IMG/VR virus record: IMGVR_UViG_3300029930_000005
Span: 1-33,602 of that record
From: a virus
Lineage: Duplodnaviria > Caudoviricetes
Direction: 5' to 3' (one strand)
DNA: 33,602 bases
The notes beneath the pieces were generated by a model. That model was not told the origin of the DNA, searched no databases, and was given only the letters and a program-made list of their open reading frames with translations. A program made the translations under genes and the position numbers. Shown here piece by piece: positions 1-7,727 of this stretch (the first letter of the stretch is position 1; the number at the start of each line of letters is the position of its first letter).

Positions 1-551
1 TCAGCAATGTGATTCGGGATGAAAGCGAACTCGTCAAGAAAGATGACATTATAGGATCCGCCTCGGACAGCAGATGATGAAGTAGAGTTAGATGAAATTT
101 TGGAGCCATTTTCCAGTTCTAAAGATCCTTTGTTCCAAGATATAATACCCTGTTGCATCCACTTGGGCAAATTTTCATAAGCAAGTTGCAATCTTCCAAG
201 TAGATCTCTTGCAGTGGATGCTTTGTTCGCTAGAATAGCTATATTAACATTATCGTTGAAAACGGCATAATGTAACAAATATGAAACACAAGTTGTTGAC
301 TTACCCGTCTGACGGGGCATCTTACAAATATTAAATCTGTTCTTATGGAAATTATCAATCAATTTCTCTTGAAATGGATACATCTCAAAAGGAACTAGAC
401 CGTGGTCCAGAGACACGATCTTAATGTAGTTTCTAGCAAAATATACAGGGTCCTCTTTACACTTTAAGAACTCAATAATCTGATCTTCTGTAAATTCAAT
501 CTGTGTATTTGCTTTTTTTAGGTTTGGATTACCAAGATAAACTTCACTCAT
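1..551 (-). CDS. gp17: Terminase large subunit, N-terminal ATPase part (gene runs off the left window edge)
   Basis: Not in the ORF track; translated by hand from ATG at 551-549: MSEVYLGNPNLKKANTQIEF...FNICKMPRQTGKSTT (Walker A)...AVRGGSYNVIFLDEFAFIPNHIA (Walker B). The frame is open to the window edge and lies downstream of gp16. Confidence 0.97.
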   Translation of the reverse strand, partial: MSEVYLGNPNLKKANTQIEFTEDQIIEFLKCKEDPVYFARNYIKIVSLDHGLVPFEMYPFQEKLIDNFHKNRFNICKMPRQTGKSTTCVSYLLHYAVFNDNVNIAILANKASTARDLLGRLQLAYENLPKWMQQGIISWNKGSLELENGSKISSNSTSSSAVRGGSYNVIFLDEFAFIPNHIA

Positions 552-561
552 AATTAATTAC

Positions 562-1923
562 CTATCTAGTTTCTCGCCATTGCACAGCGTTGTGAATAGT
601 TGTGTCAGATGTTGATGATAAATTTTGAACTATGATTGCAAAAATATTACTGTCATTACAATCTATATTCTGTGCTATGTATGATTGTTTAGCACTTGAT
701 GGTGATAAATTAACAGTTCCTGAAGATTGTTTTCCTGATGGATTGTTTGCTGCAACATATCCAACTGATTGAGCAATTGAATTAGATAAACTGAAATTAG
801 TTCCAACACCAATATTGTATTCAACCCCGCTAGAATTATCTGCACTTATCCAAGTTCCACCAGTTATATTGTTGCTACTTGGAATTCTATAAATCGACCA
901 CTTACAAGGAGCCGAATCTGAAAGAATTTCCATGTCAGTCAATCTAACAGTTGTCCTATTTGGATATCCTGCTAAGGAATTCTTTAATCTAATCGCCATC
1001 ACACATTTAATATGTTGCGGAGCATTTGCAGAACGTTCAACTTGTATGCCAGTGGTTATTCCGACAGAAAATTCTGTACCACTCTCTTCATATCCACCCT
1101 CACTAAGAACAGTTGAGCAAATTTGTTGCATAGAAGAAACGCCAACCGCAGTTGATGTATTTCTTACTTCACATCTAATTGGTAGAGATGGATGAGACCA
1201 ATAGACATATTCATCAACATTTGAATGATTGAATTCATGGCAATAAATTAAACTACCACCAATTACAAATCCACATCTAACTCTACCAACACCTAACCAT
1301 TGAAAATCTGTAGCAAATAATTGTGTTTTTGTAAAATCTAAATCAATTCCAGATAAAGTTGATCCATCAAGTTTATCTAAATTCCAATCAGATTGATTAA
1401 CTACTGTGTCTGTTGCAATTCCAGAAATATAAGTTCTTTTTGCAAGAGAAATTGTACCGTCACCTGATTGTTGAACAAATACCCCATTTCTATCGTCATA
1501 ATATCCGGTTCTTTTTATTGTATTTTCTCTTGCTGCCTGAAAATTAAAACTAGATAGTGCGTATTGAGATTTTCCAGGCATGTAATGATGATACATTCTG
1601 GTCTGATGAATTGCATAATCAGATGCTCCTGTTGTAACACCTATAGAAACACACGCTTTATTTGTTAAATGTTCAACAGTTGATCCTGCACCAGAAATTT
1701 TATCCAATATCTCTGGATTTATACCGTATTGATGTGAATAGTCTGCCAATGTAAATGGTTCAGATGTTCTTGATCTGCCAAATGCATCATATCCACCCCC
1801 ACCTGCACCAGTAGATACACCACAGTTCCCTATGTTGCCATATCTATCGGCACACATATGAACCTCAAAGAGTGTTCTTTCTTGATTTAAATAATCTTGA
1901 TTATTTTTATTCCACTGAGCCAT
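562..1923 (-). CDS. Conserved cyanophage hypothetical protein, predicted beta-rich (possibly ConA/lectin-like, possibly virion-associated)
   Basis: 453-aa ORF in tight operon context. Short N-terminal segment (MAQWNKNNQDYLNQERTLFEV), Gly linker (GVSTGAGGGG), then DAFGRSRTSEPFTL...DFQWLGVGRVRCGF with beta-strand patterning. The CDS is secure; the function is inference. Confidence 0.8.
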   Translation of the reverse strand: MAQWNKNNQDYLNQERTLFEVHMCADRYGNIGNCGVSTGAGGGGYDAFGRSRTSEPFTLADYSHQYGINPEILDKISGAGSTVEHLTNKACVSIGVTTGASDYAIHQTRMYHHYMPGKSQYALSSFNFQAARENTIKRTGYYDDRNGVFVQQSGDGTISLAKRTYISGIATDTVVNQSDWNLDKLDGSTLSGIDLDFTKTQLFATDFQWLGVGRVRCGFVIGGSLIYCHEFNHSNVDEYVYWSHPSLPIRCEVRNTSTAVGVSSMQQICSTVLSEGGYEESGTEFSVGITTGIQVERSANAPQHIKCVMAIRLKNSLAGYPNRTTVRLTDMEILSDSAPCKWSIYRIPSSNNITGGTWISADNSSGVEYNIGVGTNFSLSNSIAQSVGYVAANNPSGKQSSGTVNLSPSSAKQSYIAQNIDCNDSNIFAIIVQNLSSTSDTTIHNAVQWRETR

Positions 1924-1928
1924 AAATC

Positions 1929-2237
1929 TTATTCACCCCAAGTTAATCTTTCTGGTTGATATCTTTTAACTCCAGTAATTCTTAATGTACTATTGGTTGT
2001 AACATTTGCTGGATAAATGTTATGGACTACAGCACCTGGATATTCTCTTTGAATTTCTTCTCCTAAAGATTCTCTAGTGGGAAGGTTTTGTGATGTAATG
2101 TCCATACGATATAAATTACCTCTCCACATTATATCAGCGGTGTAACTTTCTCCTACTTTTTGAGGTTCGGATTGAGATTGAGATCCATTGATGTAGAGAT
2201 TTCCATTAAAATCTCCAGAGATATTTAAATTTTCCAT
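1929..2237 (-). CDS. Conserved hypothetical cyanophage protein (102 aa)
   Basis: The track starts it at 2252, but the ATG at 2237-2235 overlaps the upstream stop as TAATG (translational coupling), giving MENLNISGDFNGNLYING...YTADIMWRGNLYR...IQREYPGAVVHNIYP. Confidence 0.8.
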   Translation of the reverse strand: MENLNISGDFNGNLYINGSQSQSEPQKVGESYTADIMWRGNLYRMDITSQNLPTRESLGEEIQREYPGAVVHNIYPANVTTNSTLRITGVKRYQPERLTWGE

Positions 2238-3967
2238 TAGCGGCAGTTCCAACGACGAAGGGCTTTATTAATTCTAGAATCTGGATCTCTTGCGGTTTTT
2301 GCAGAAGTCAGTTTGGACTTCATGCCTTTCATTCTGCGGCAGAAGTTAGCGCGACGCTTTGCTCTTTTTCCACTTGGTTTTTTTTCAGTTACAGCAGTCT
2401 GAAGTTTTGAACCTGGATTTTCACGACGATAAGCATCAACTGCTGCCTGACTTAAACCATCAGTTTTATCTTGACGATTGACTTTTTGCCAGTCTTCAGT
2501 TAATCCTAGTTCTTCTCTCCAGTTTGAATACCCTTCTTTAACACAACGATTATAAGTTTTTCCAAATAACTTTTGAGTTCCTTTTTTCTTATAACCTGGC
2601 CAGCACTTTTTGCCTGCTTCACTAATAGTTTCACCCTCTAGTTCATAATGTGCCGCTTGAAGATTTGGTTTTGTTTGCAAAGGAATATGAATTTTTTCTC
2701 CTTTCGGGATCATTTTTTGCAATTGCTCTTTTGCAGATTTATCTGTAGGTTCTTTAAGTTTAATTTGTTCTGACATCTCACCACTATCAACATAATCTGC
2801 TGCAGTATCAATATAATCTGCCGCCTTAGTAATCTTTGATTGAACCCAAGCTTCAATACCTCCTTCACCTTTCATCTTTTTCTTCAGACGCTTTGCGGCA
2901 GCAATAATTGTTGAAAGTTCAGAGCGAGCCATTGAATATTCATGATCATATGCTTCATTAGCAGGATGGACCTGAGCAATATCAAATTTTTGTTGATTTG
3001 ATGGTTCATACGGAATTGAAAACCAAGACCAGAATCTAGGTCCAAATTTACACTCTTGAGCCGATTCCATTTTCATACATTTGGGACAATATCTTTTTTC
3101 ATTTTCATAAATTGGAGCATCCCATTGATATGCCAATGCATCTGTACTTTCTGATTTAGTGCCCCAACTATCTGCACCAACTTTACGACATTTAACTAAT
3201 GCTCCAGAAGCATAAGCACTTGGCCAAACTCTATATCGTGACTTGACTTTGTGGTAGCAAGCATCTTTTTTTCCACTACCTTTTCCTGGTTTATCACTTG
3301 TTTCTTGTAAATCTAAATCCATTTCTTCTTTCATTTTTTTTCTAGTTTTTCTAGGAGAATCCGTGGGAACATAAGTTGGTTTTGCAGCTCCAGATTTTTC
3401 TTGTTGACCTGGATCTGCTTTCTTCTTTCTTCTTGCTGCAGATAATCTTTCTGCTTTAGTCATACTTGCTCTTTTTGCAGAAGAAACACATTTTGGTGTT
3501 CCTTCTCCTGGTTCATCACTTGCACAAGTTCCACCAGTGACTACATTGACCCAACCAGACTTTCCATCTTTTGATTTTGATTTGCCAAACCAGTCGCGGA
3601 GACCCTCTTCATTCATTTTTTCAACTGTTTTTAAATCTTTAAACTTTTTATGATGTTTTTTGGCTTGCGCTTCCATTTTTTTCAAGCGAGTGTAATAATC
3701 TGGAATTTCATCTAAATGTTGAAGAGCAATCTCTCGGGCAAGTTCACGATTTTTTGTGTGTTCGTGTTCAATAGGTTCTCCCATGTCTAACTGATTTTGA
3801 ATGAAAGAAACTTCCATGCGATGTTTCTTTGCAATTTGATCAACAGTTTTGTATGGTTTTATTTGCTCATCAATTTTCTTTTTGCGACCCTGACAATGAG
3901 CTCTCTGAGAAAATCCTTTCGGATTATCACAATCAATAGATTTTTTATATTTCTCTGACCAACCCAT
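2237..3967 (-). CDS. Lys/Arg-rich mosaic protein; candidate protease-processed internal head polyprotein
   Basis: 576 aa made of short unrelated modules (including an ExEH...HLDExPDYY module and a C-terminal FCRRMKG...ALRRWNC module) separated by acidic x-x-E linkers. Lies directly downstream of gp16. Confidence 0.75.
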   Translation of the reverse strand: MGWSEKYKKSIDCDNPKGFSQRAHCQGRKKKIDEQIKPYKTVDQIAKKHRMEVSFIQNQLDMGEPIEHEHTKNRELAREIALQHLDEIPDYYTRLKKMEAQAKKHHKKFKDLKTVEKMNEEGLRDWFGKSKSKDGKSGWVNVVTGGTCASDEPGEGTPKCVSSAKRASMTKAERLSAARRKKKADPGQQEKSGAAKPTYVPTDSPRKTRKKMKEEMDLDLQETSDKPGKGSGKKDACYHKVKSRYRVWPSAYASGALVKCRKVGADSWGTKSESTDALAYQWDAPIYENEKRYCPKCMKMESAQECKFGPRFWSWFSIPYEPSNQQKFDIAQVHPANEAYDHEYSMARSELSTIIAAAKRLKKKMKGEGGIEAWVQSKITKAADYIDTAADYVDSGEMSEQIKLKEPTDKSAKEQLQKMIPKGEKIHIPLQTKPNLQAAHYELEGETISEAGKKCWPGYKKKGTQKLFGKTYNRCVKEGYSNWREELGLTEDWQKVNRQDKTDGLSQAAVDAYRRENPGSKLQTAVTEKKPSGKRAKRRANFCRRMKGMKSKLTSAKTARDPDSRINKALRRWNCR

Positions 3968-3985
3968 TGAGGTATAAAAATAGAT

Positions 3986-4408
3986 CTACTCTTTATTATT
4001 TAGAAAACCTTGCTTTAATAGTTTTGAAAGTTCGGATGTTGATCCAACAAATACCGCATTGTTAGTAACATTATTAGTTGTCTTTACAGTTTCATCCTCT
4101 ACATCTTTTAATTTTTTCTGAAGATCAATAAGTTTATCGGTCACATCGCCAACTGATTTTATAAGTTGTCCAGCAACTTCATATGCTCTTGGAGAATCGC
4201 TTTCTCCAGCAAGTTCCATTATTCCATTGATCGCTTCTTGACCTTTTTCTATAAGTGAATATAAATTTGCACGAGTATATTCATAATCTTTCTTAATGTC
4301 ATCCTGACCAGATTTTTCTATCTGCAAAACAGGATCATTTTTTTCAACACTGACAATCTCGCTTTTGATGTTTAGAGCTTCATCAAGCTTTTCATAATCA
4401 TTTTTCAT
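3986..4408 (-). CDS. gp16: Terminase small subunit
   Basis: DYEYTRANLYSLIEKGQEAINGIMELAGESDSPRAYEVAGQLIK and FVGSTSELSKLL are typical of T4-like gp16. It follows gp15. Confidence 0.95.
   Translation of the reverse strand: MKNDYEKLDEALNIKSEIVSVEKNDPVLQIEKSGQDDIKKDYEYTRANLYSLIEKGQEAINGIMELAGESDSPRAYEVAGQLIKSVGDVTDKLIDLQKKLKDVEDETVKTTNNVTNNAVFVGSTSELSKLLKQGFLNNKE
3997..4003 (-). promoter_or_regulatory. Possible late promoter variant CTAAATA embedded in the 3' end of gp16
   Basis: The minus strand reads TTTCTAAATAATAAAG about 30 nt upstream of the ATG at 3967. It is a variant of the T4/cyanophage (T)ATAAATA late -10 element; chance matches are plausible in AT-rich DNA. Confidence 0.4.
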
Positions 4409-4414
4409 AATATA

Positions 4415-5215
4415 TTACAAGTCTATTTGGCGAGTTGGACTATAATCTCTAGAATCACCAAAGAACTCCCAGTTCTCATCAAATCCAAAATTATCATCAG
4501 GATCTGCATTTATTGGATCTGGTGTTACGGTGTATCTCACTTCGCGCTTTGCTGTCGTTCTATTTGTATCTGTATAAAGATCGACTTGAACCTTACGAAT
4601 AAGACCGTCTGTGCTTTCTGCAACTGGACCAAAGAGATATGTTTTTGCGGTAAATGTTAATGTGTATATAAGTGCTCTTCTTGTAGAAAAATCCCCCTCA
4701 TAATCATCTTGAAAAGAAATATTTTCAAGGACCATGGGAATATCTCTCTTTTCGCCAATAGAATCTACAAGATCAACCGTAATATTAAATGCTGGTTGAA
4801 AATATGGTAAAATTTGTTCAATAATCTGCAAAGCATCATCATTTAATTTGGTTAAAATATTTAACTCAAATCCGATATTATATGGTACTGGCATATAAAC
4901 CTTTTTAATATTTCCACCATCATCACAAGCTTTAAAAGTTTGAACAACACTTGACTTGCGTGTTGGATCATACTGGATTGATGTCATTTCAAATGACATT
5001 CTTGGTAGAGAAATTTGAGTTGCTTTATTTAACTCTGGTTGTTGTATTATTCTTGCTAAAAACTTCTGCCTTGGACCATATGCAATGGGAACTCTTATAT
5101 CACTAAAATTTGTACCATTTTGCTCTTCATGGCGAATATGTATTTGATTAAATAAAGTTCCAAAAGATATGATTGTCTTTCGAATTATTTCGTGATAATA
5201 ATAAGTTCCTAACAT
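4415..5215 (-). CDS. gp15: Tail sheath stabiliser / tail completion protein
   Basis: YYYHEIIRKTIISFGTLFN, VPIAYGPRQKFLAR, LPRMSFEMTSIQYDPTRK and QIIEQILPYFQP motifs; 266 aa; TAATG overlap with gp14. Confidence 0.96.
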   Translation of the reverse strand: MLGTYYYHEIIRKTIISFGTLFNQIHIRHEEQNGTNFSDIRVPIAYGPRQKFLARIIQQPELNKATQISLPRMSFEMTSIQYDPTRKSSVVQTFKACDDGGNIKKVYMPVPYNIGFELNILTKLNDDALQIIEQILPYFQPAFNITVDLVDSIGEKRDIPMVLENISFQDDYEGDFSTRRALIYTLTFTAKTYLFGPVAESTDGLIRKVQVDLYTDTNRTTAKREVRYTVTPDPINADPDDNFGFDENWEFFGDSRDYSPTRQIDL

Positions 5216-6663
5216 TAATAGTTACCAAATGGATTTGATTCTGTAAAATCTAAGATAAGGTCTGCCTCGTCTTCAATCTCATCATTTTGACTATATTTAT
5301 CATATGTATCCATTTGATTAAATGTTTTAACGGAATAGAGTGCTCCAGACTCTGTTCCAATAATCGTTTCCCCTGGGAAAAATCCAAGTTGAGTTGCACC
5401 AATACCAACATTAGAAATTTTAAGAACATTAGTATCTTTGTCCCAACTCTTGACTCTTGCCCTAGTATCAGATCTAGATCCTCTGACTATTTCATTGAAA
5501 AGATAAGTTCCAAATCCAGTTAAAGTTTCTGGGTTTGATATTGTAACCTGAGGAGTGGACGTATATCCAAATCCAGGATTTGCAACATAAATTGATCTTA
5601 CAGCAGAATCAGATCCCACATATCCAATAGAAGCAATTCCAACTGCCGTTTGTCCCACTCCACTTAATGCAAGTTCCCCTGGATCAGAAACTGTTATTGT
5701 TGGCGTCGTGCTATATCCAACGCCACCGTCAATAACAGTAAATCTGATAACACCATTATAAGATGTTTCGATCGAACAGGTTGCTGCAGCTCCAGTTCCA
5801 CCGCCCCCAGTGATTGTTATTGTGGGAGCTACAGTATATCCTGCCCCAGCATTAGTTAAATAAATTGTTTTAACCGATTTAACTCCACCTTTTGATGTTG
5901 TTATTGCTACTGCTCTTGCATTATCTCCGGGTTGACCAGTTGGTGATGAACTTATTGCAACAATCGGTGTCGAAGTATATCCTGATCCATCATTATTGAG
6001 GAAAATTTGTCTAACATATCCAGATGCAACAGATCCAGAAAAAGAAGCCGTAGCGGTTGCTGTTCTTCCAACACCAATTAATTGTAGAGTAGTAATATAC
6101 CCTTCATTTTCAACTTGAGTATCTATTTCATCAATAGAAGTATCAATAATTTCATCTTCATATTCAAACAGTTCACATTTCAATTCATAAACATAATTTT
6201 TTCCTAATTGGTAAAAAGGACTTTCATGTTCAACAAATTTAACTTCAAAAAGTCTTTCACCTAAGGGAAAATAGATCAAATCCCCTTCTCTTGGACGAGT
6301 TGATAATATAATTTCACCTTCTCCTGTTTCATCATCCAGTGCTCCTAAAAATGGAGCGATAAAATCTTCAAATCTTTCTTTTGAAATTGTGATTAATAAT
6401 TCATCTCTTAAACTCATTCCAAATTTAGTCAAAATATCACCAGCACCACTATACCCCTCATAAGTATTGACATATGCTTCGATTGCATAATTATCATCAA
6501 ATTTTGAAGTTTGAACTTCTTCTAAAATAGTTTTTTTATTTACAAATTTTCTGGGAATGTAAACAACCTCCACACCATACATTCTTAGGTGTTCATTAAT
6601 TAAATCCTGAACAAGTCTTTGCTCAGAAGAAGTTCCTTGTAAAAAAAATGGATTAAGTGCCAT
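5215..6663 (-). CDS. gp14: Neck protein (head closure) with an internal Gly/Thr-rich repeat insertion
   Basis: EQRLVQDLINEHLRMYGVEVVYIPR, RPREGDLIYFP, FEVKFVEHESPFYQLG and C-terminal DFTESNPFG. Lies between gp13 and gp15. Confidence 0.95.
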   Translation of the reverse strand: MALNPFFLQGTSSEQRLVQDLINEHLRMYGVEVVYIPRKFVNKKTILEEVQTSKFDDNYAIEAYVNTYEGYSGAGDILTKFGMSLRDELLITISKERFEDFIAPFLGALDDETGEGEIILSTRPREGDLIYFPLGERLFEVKFVEHESPFYQLGKNYVYELKCELFEYEDEIIDTSIDEIDTQVENEGYITTLQLIGVGRTATATASFSGSVASGYVRQIFLNNDGSGYTSTPIVAISSSPTGQPGDNARAVAITTSKGGVKSVKTIYLTNAGAGYTVAPTITITGGGGTGAAATCSIETSYNGVIRFTVIDGGVGYSTTPTITVSDPGELALSGVGQTAVGIASIGYVGSDSAVRSIYVANPGFGYTSTPQVTISNPETLTGFGTYLFNEIVRGSRSDTRARVKSWDKDTNVLKISNVGIGATQLGFFPGETIIGTESGALYSVKTFNQMDTYDKYSQNDEIEDEADLILDFTESNPFGNY

Positions 6664-7505
6664 TACCCAATAAAGTCGTATGGTGGAAGTTCATAATCCA
6701 TTGTCATTCTCTTCATTATTTCATCAATCTCTCTTTCAGCATCTTCATATATTTCTCTACCATTGAGTTCAATTCCACCTGGAAGTTTAACTCCTCTAAA
6801 CTTAATTAGGTTCTGTCCCCATTGCCTCTTAATTAATGCTGTAAGATATCTTTTTAAGAAACTATCGTTGTAAACCTTTGTGAATGAGTTGGGATCTAAA
6901 ATGCGATAACAATCTATAACAATAAAGTTACCTGCAGATTGTGCTCCCCACTCGATATCCATGTACAATCTATTTTGACGCTTGTTAAATCTGACTTGTT
7001 TATCAGTCGTCAATAAGAAATCTATATCTGAAAGGTAAGACTTAACCATTGCATATTGCAATAGTTCAACTGAGTTGAAATAATATAGGTCATTTAAAAA
7101 TAGTTGATATTTAATACTGAACATTCCACCAGAAATAGAACTTGTATCGAACTTAAATACATTCTCAATTCCTATGACTGAATCTGGAACTTGAATATAA
7201 TTTGAAGTCTCATAAAAGTTAAATGTTGTCGATCCATATCCAGTTATTGTTGAAGTTCCTGTTGTTGTTACAATACCAACTCCAGTTTTATTTTTTGCTG
7301 CACCTCTATTAATATCTTCTTGAGTGATTTGATATTTTAGGTACATCCTCTCAACGCCATCAAAGTGACGCTCATTGAAGTACTGAAGGGCGTCATCGAC
7401 TAAATCGTCAATCTGATCGTCATCGACATTAATTTCCAATACAGGGGCACCCAGGCGTCTTAGACAGTAATCAATTAACTCTTGTCTGCTTGCTGGTTTT
7501 GCCAT
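6663..7505 (-). CDS. gp13: Neck protein (head-tail adaptor)
   Basis: RQELIDYCLRRLGAPVLEINVDDDQIDD and KRQWGQNLIKFRGVKLPGGIELNG motifs; 280 aa. Confidence 0.96.
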   Translation of the reverse strand: MAKPASRQELIDYCLRRLGAPVLEINVDDDQIDDLVDDALQYFNERHFDGVERMYLKYQITQEDINRGAAKNKTGVGIVTTTGTSTITGYGSTTFNFYETSNYIQVPDSVIGIENVFKFDTSSISGGMFSIKYQLFLNDLYYFNSVELLQYAMVKSYLSDIDFLLTTDKQVRFNKRQNRLYMDIEWGAQSAGNFIVIDCYRILDPNSFTKVYNDSFLKRYLTALIKRQWGQNLIKFRGVKLPGGIELNGREIYEDAEREIDEIMKRMTMDYELPPYDFIG

Positions 7506-7511
7506 TTCCTT

Positions 7512-7724
7512 TTACCCTTCAGTTTTTTTAGATTTTACTAGAGCATCATATTTTTCTTGCAAATCAAGATTTTCTTGAAGAAGTTGCTGCTTTTCTTCGG
7601 CAAAATCATCAGTCAAAGTTTGAAGTTTTGCTTCTAATAAAATATTTTGATTTGTCAATGATGCAAGTTTTTGATTATATAATCGCACTAACACATTAAC
7701 ATCTACTTCACTTTCTTTATTCAT
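7512..7724 (-). CDS. Small coiled-coil hypothetical protein
   Basis: 70 aa with heptad Leu periodicity (LASLTNQNILLEAKLQTL...LLQENLDLQEKYDAL). Sits immediately upstream of gp13. Confidence 0.8.
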   Translation of the reverse strand: MNKESEVDVNVLVRLYNQKLASLTNQNILLEAKLQTLTDDFAEEKQQLLQENLDLQEKYDALVKSKKTEG

Positions 7725-7727
7725 GTG

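Noticed and set aside
2238-2252. Track start for the 107-aa ORF at 2252
   Set aside because: It is a non-ATG start inside the upstream gene. The TAATG-coupled ATG at 2237 is more plausible.
3968-3988. The gp16 TAG stop is in frame with the 576-aa ORF via six sense codons, suggesting possible readthrough fusion
   Set aside because: gp16 ends at its expected length, an in-frame junction has a 1-in-3 chance, and no readthrough-stimulating context is evident.
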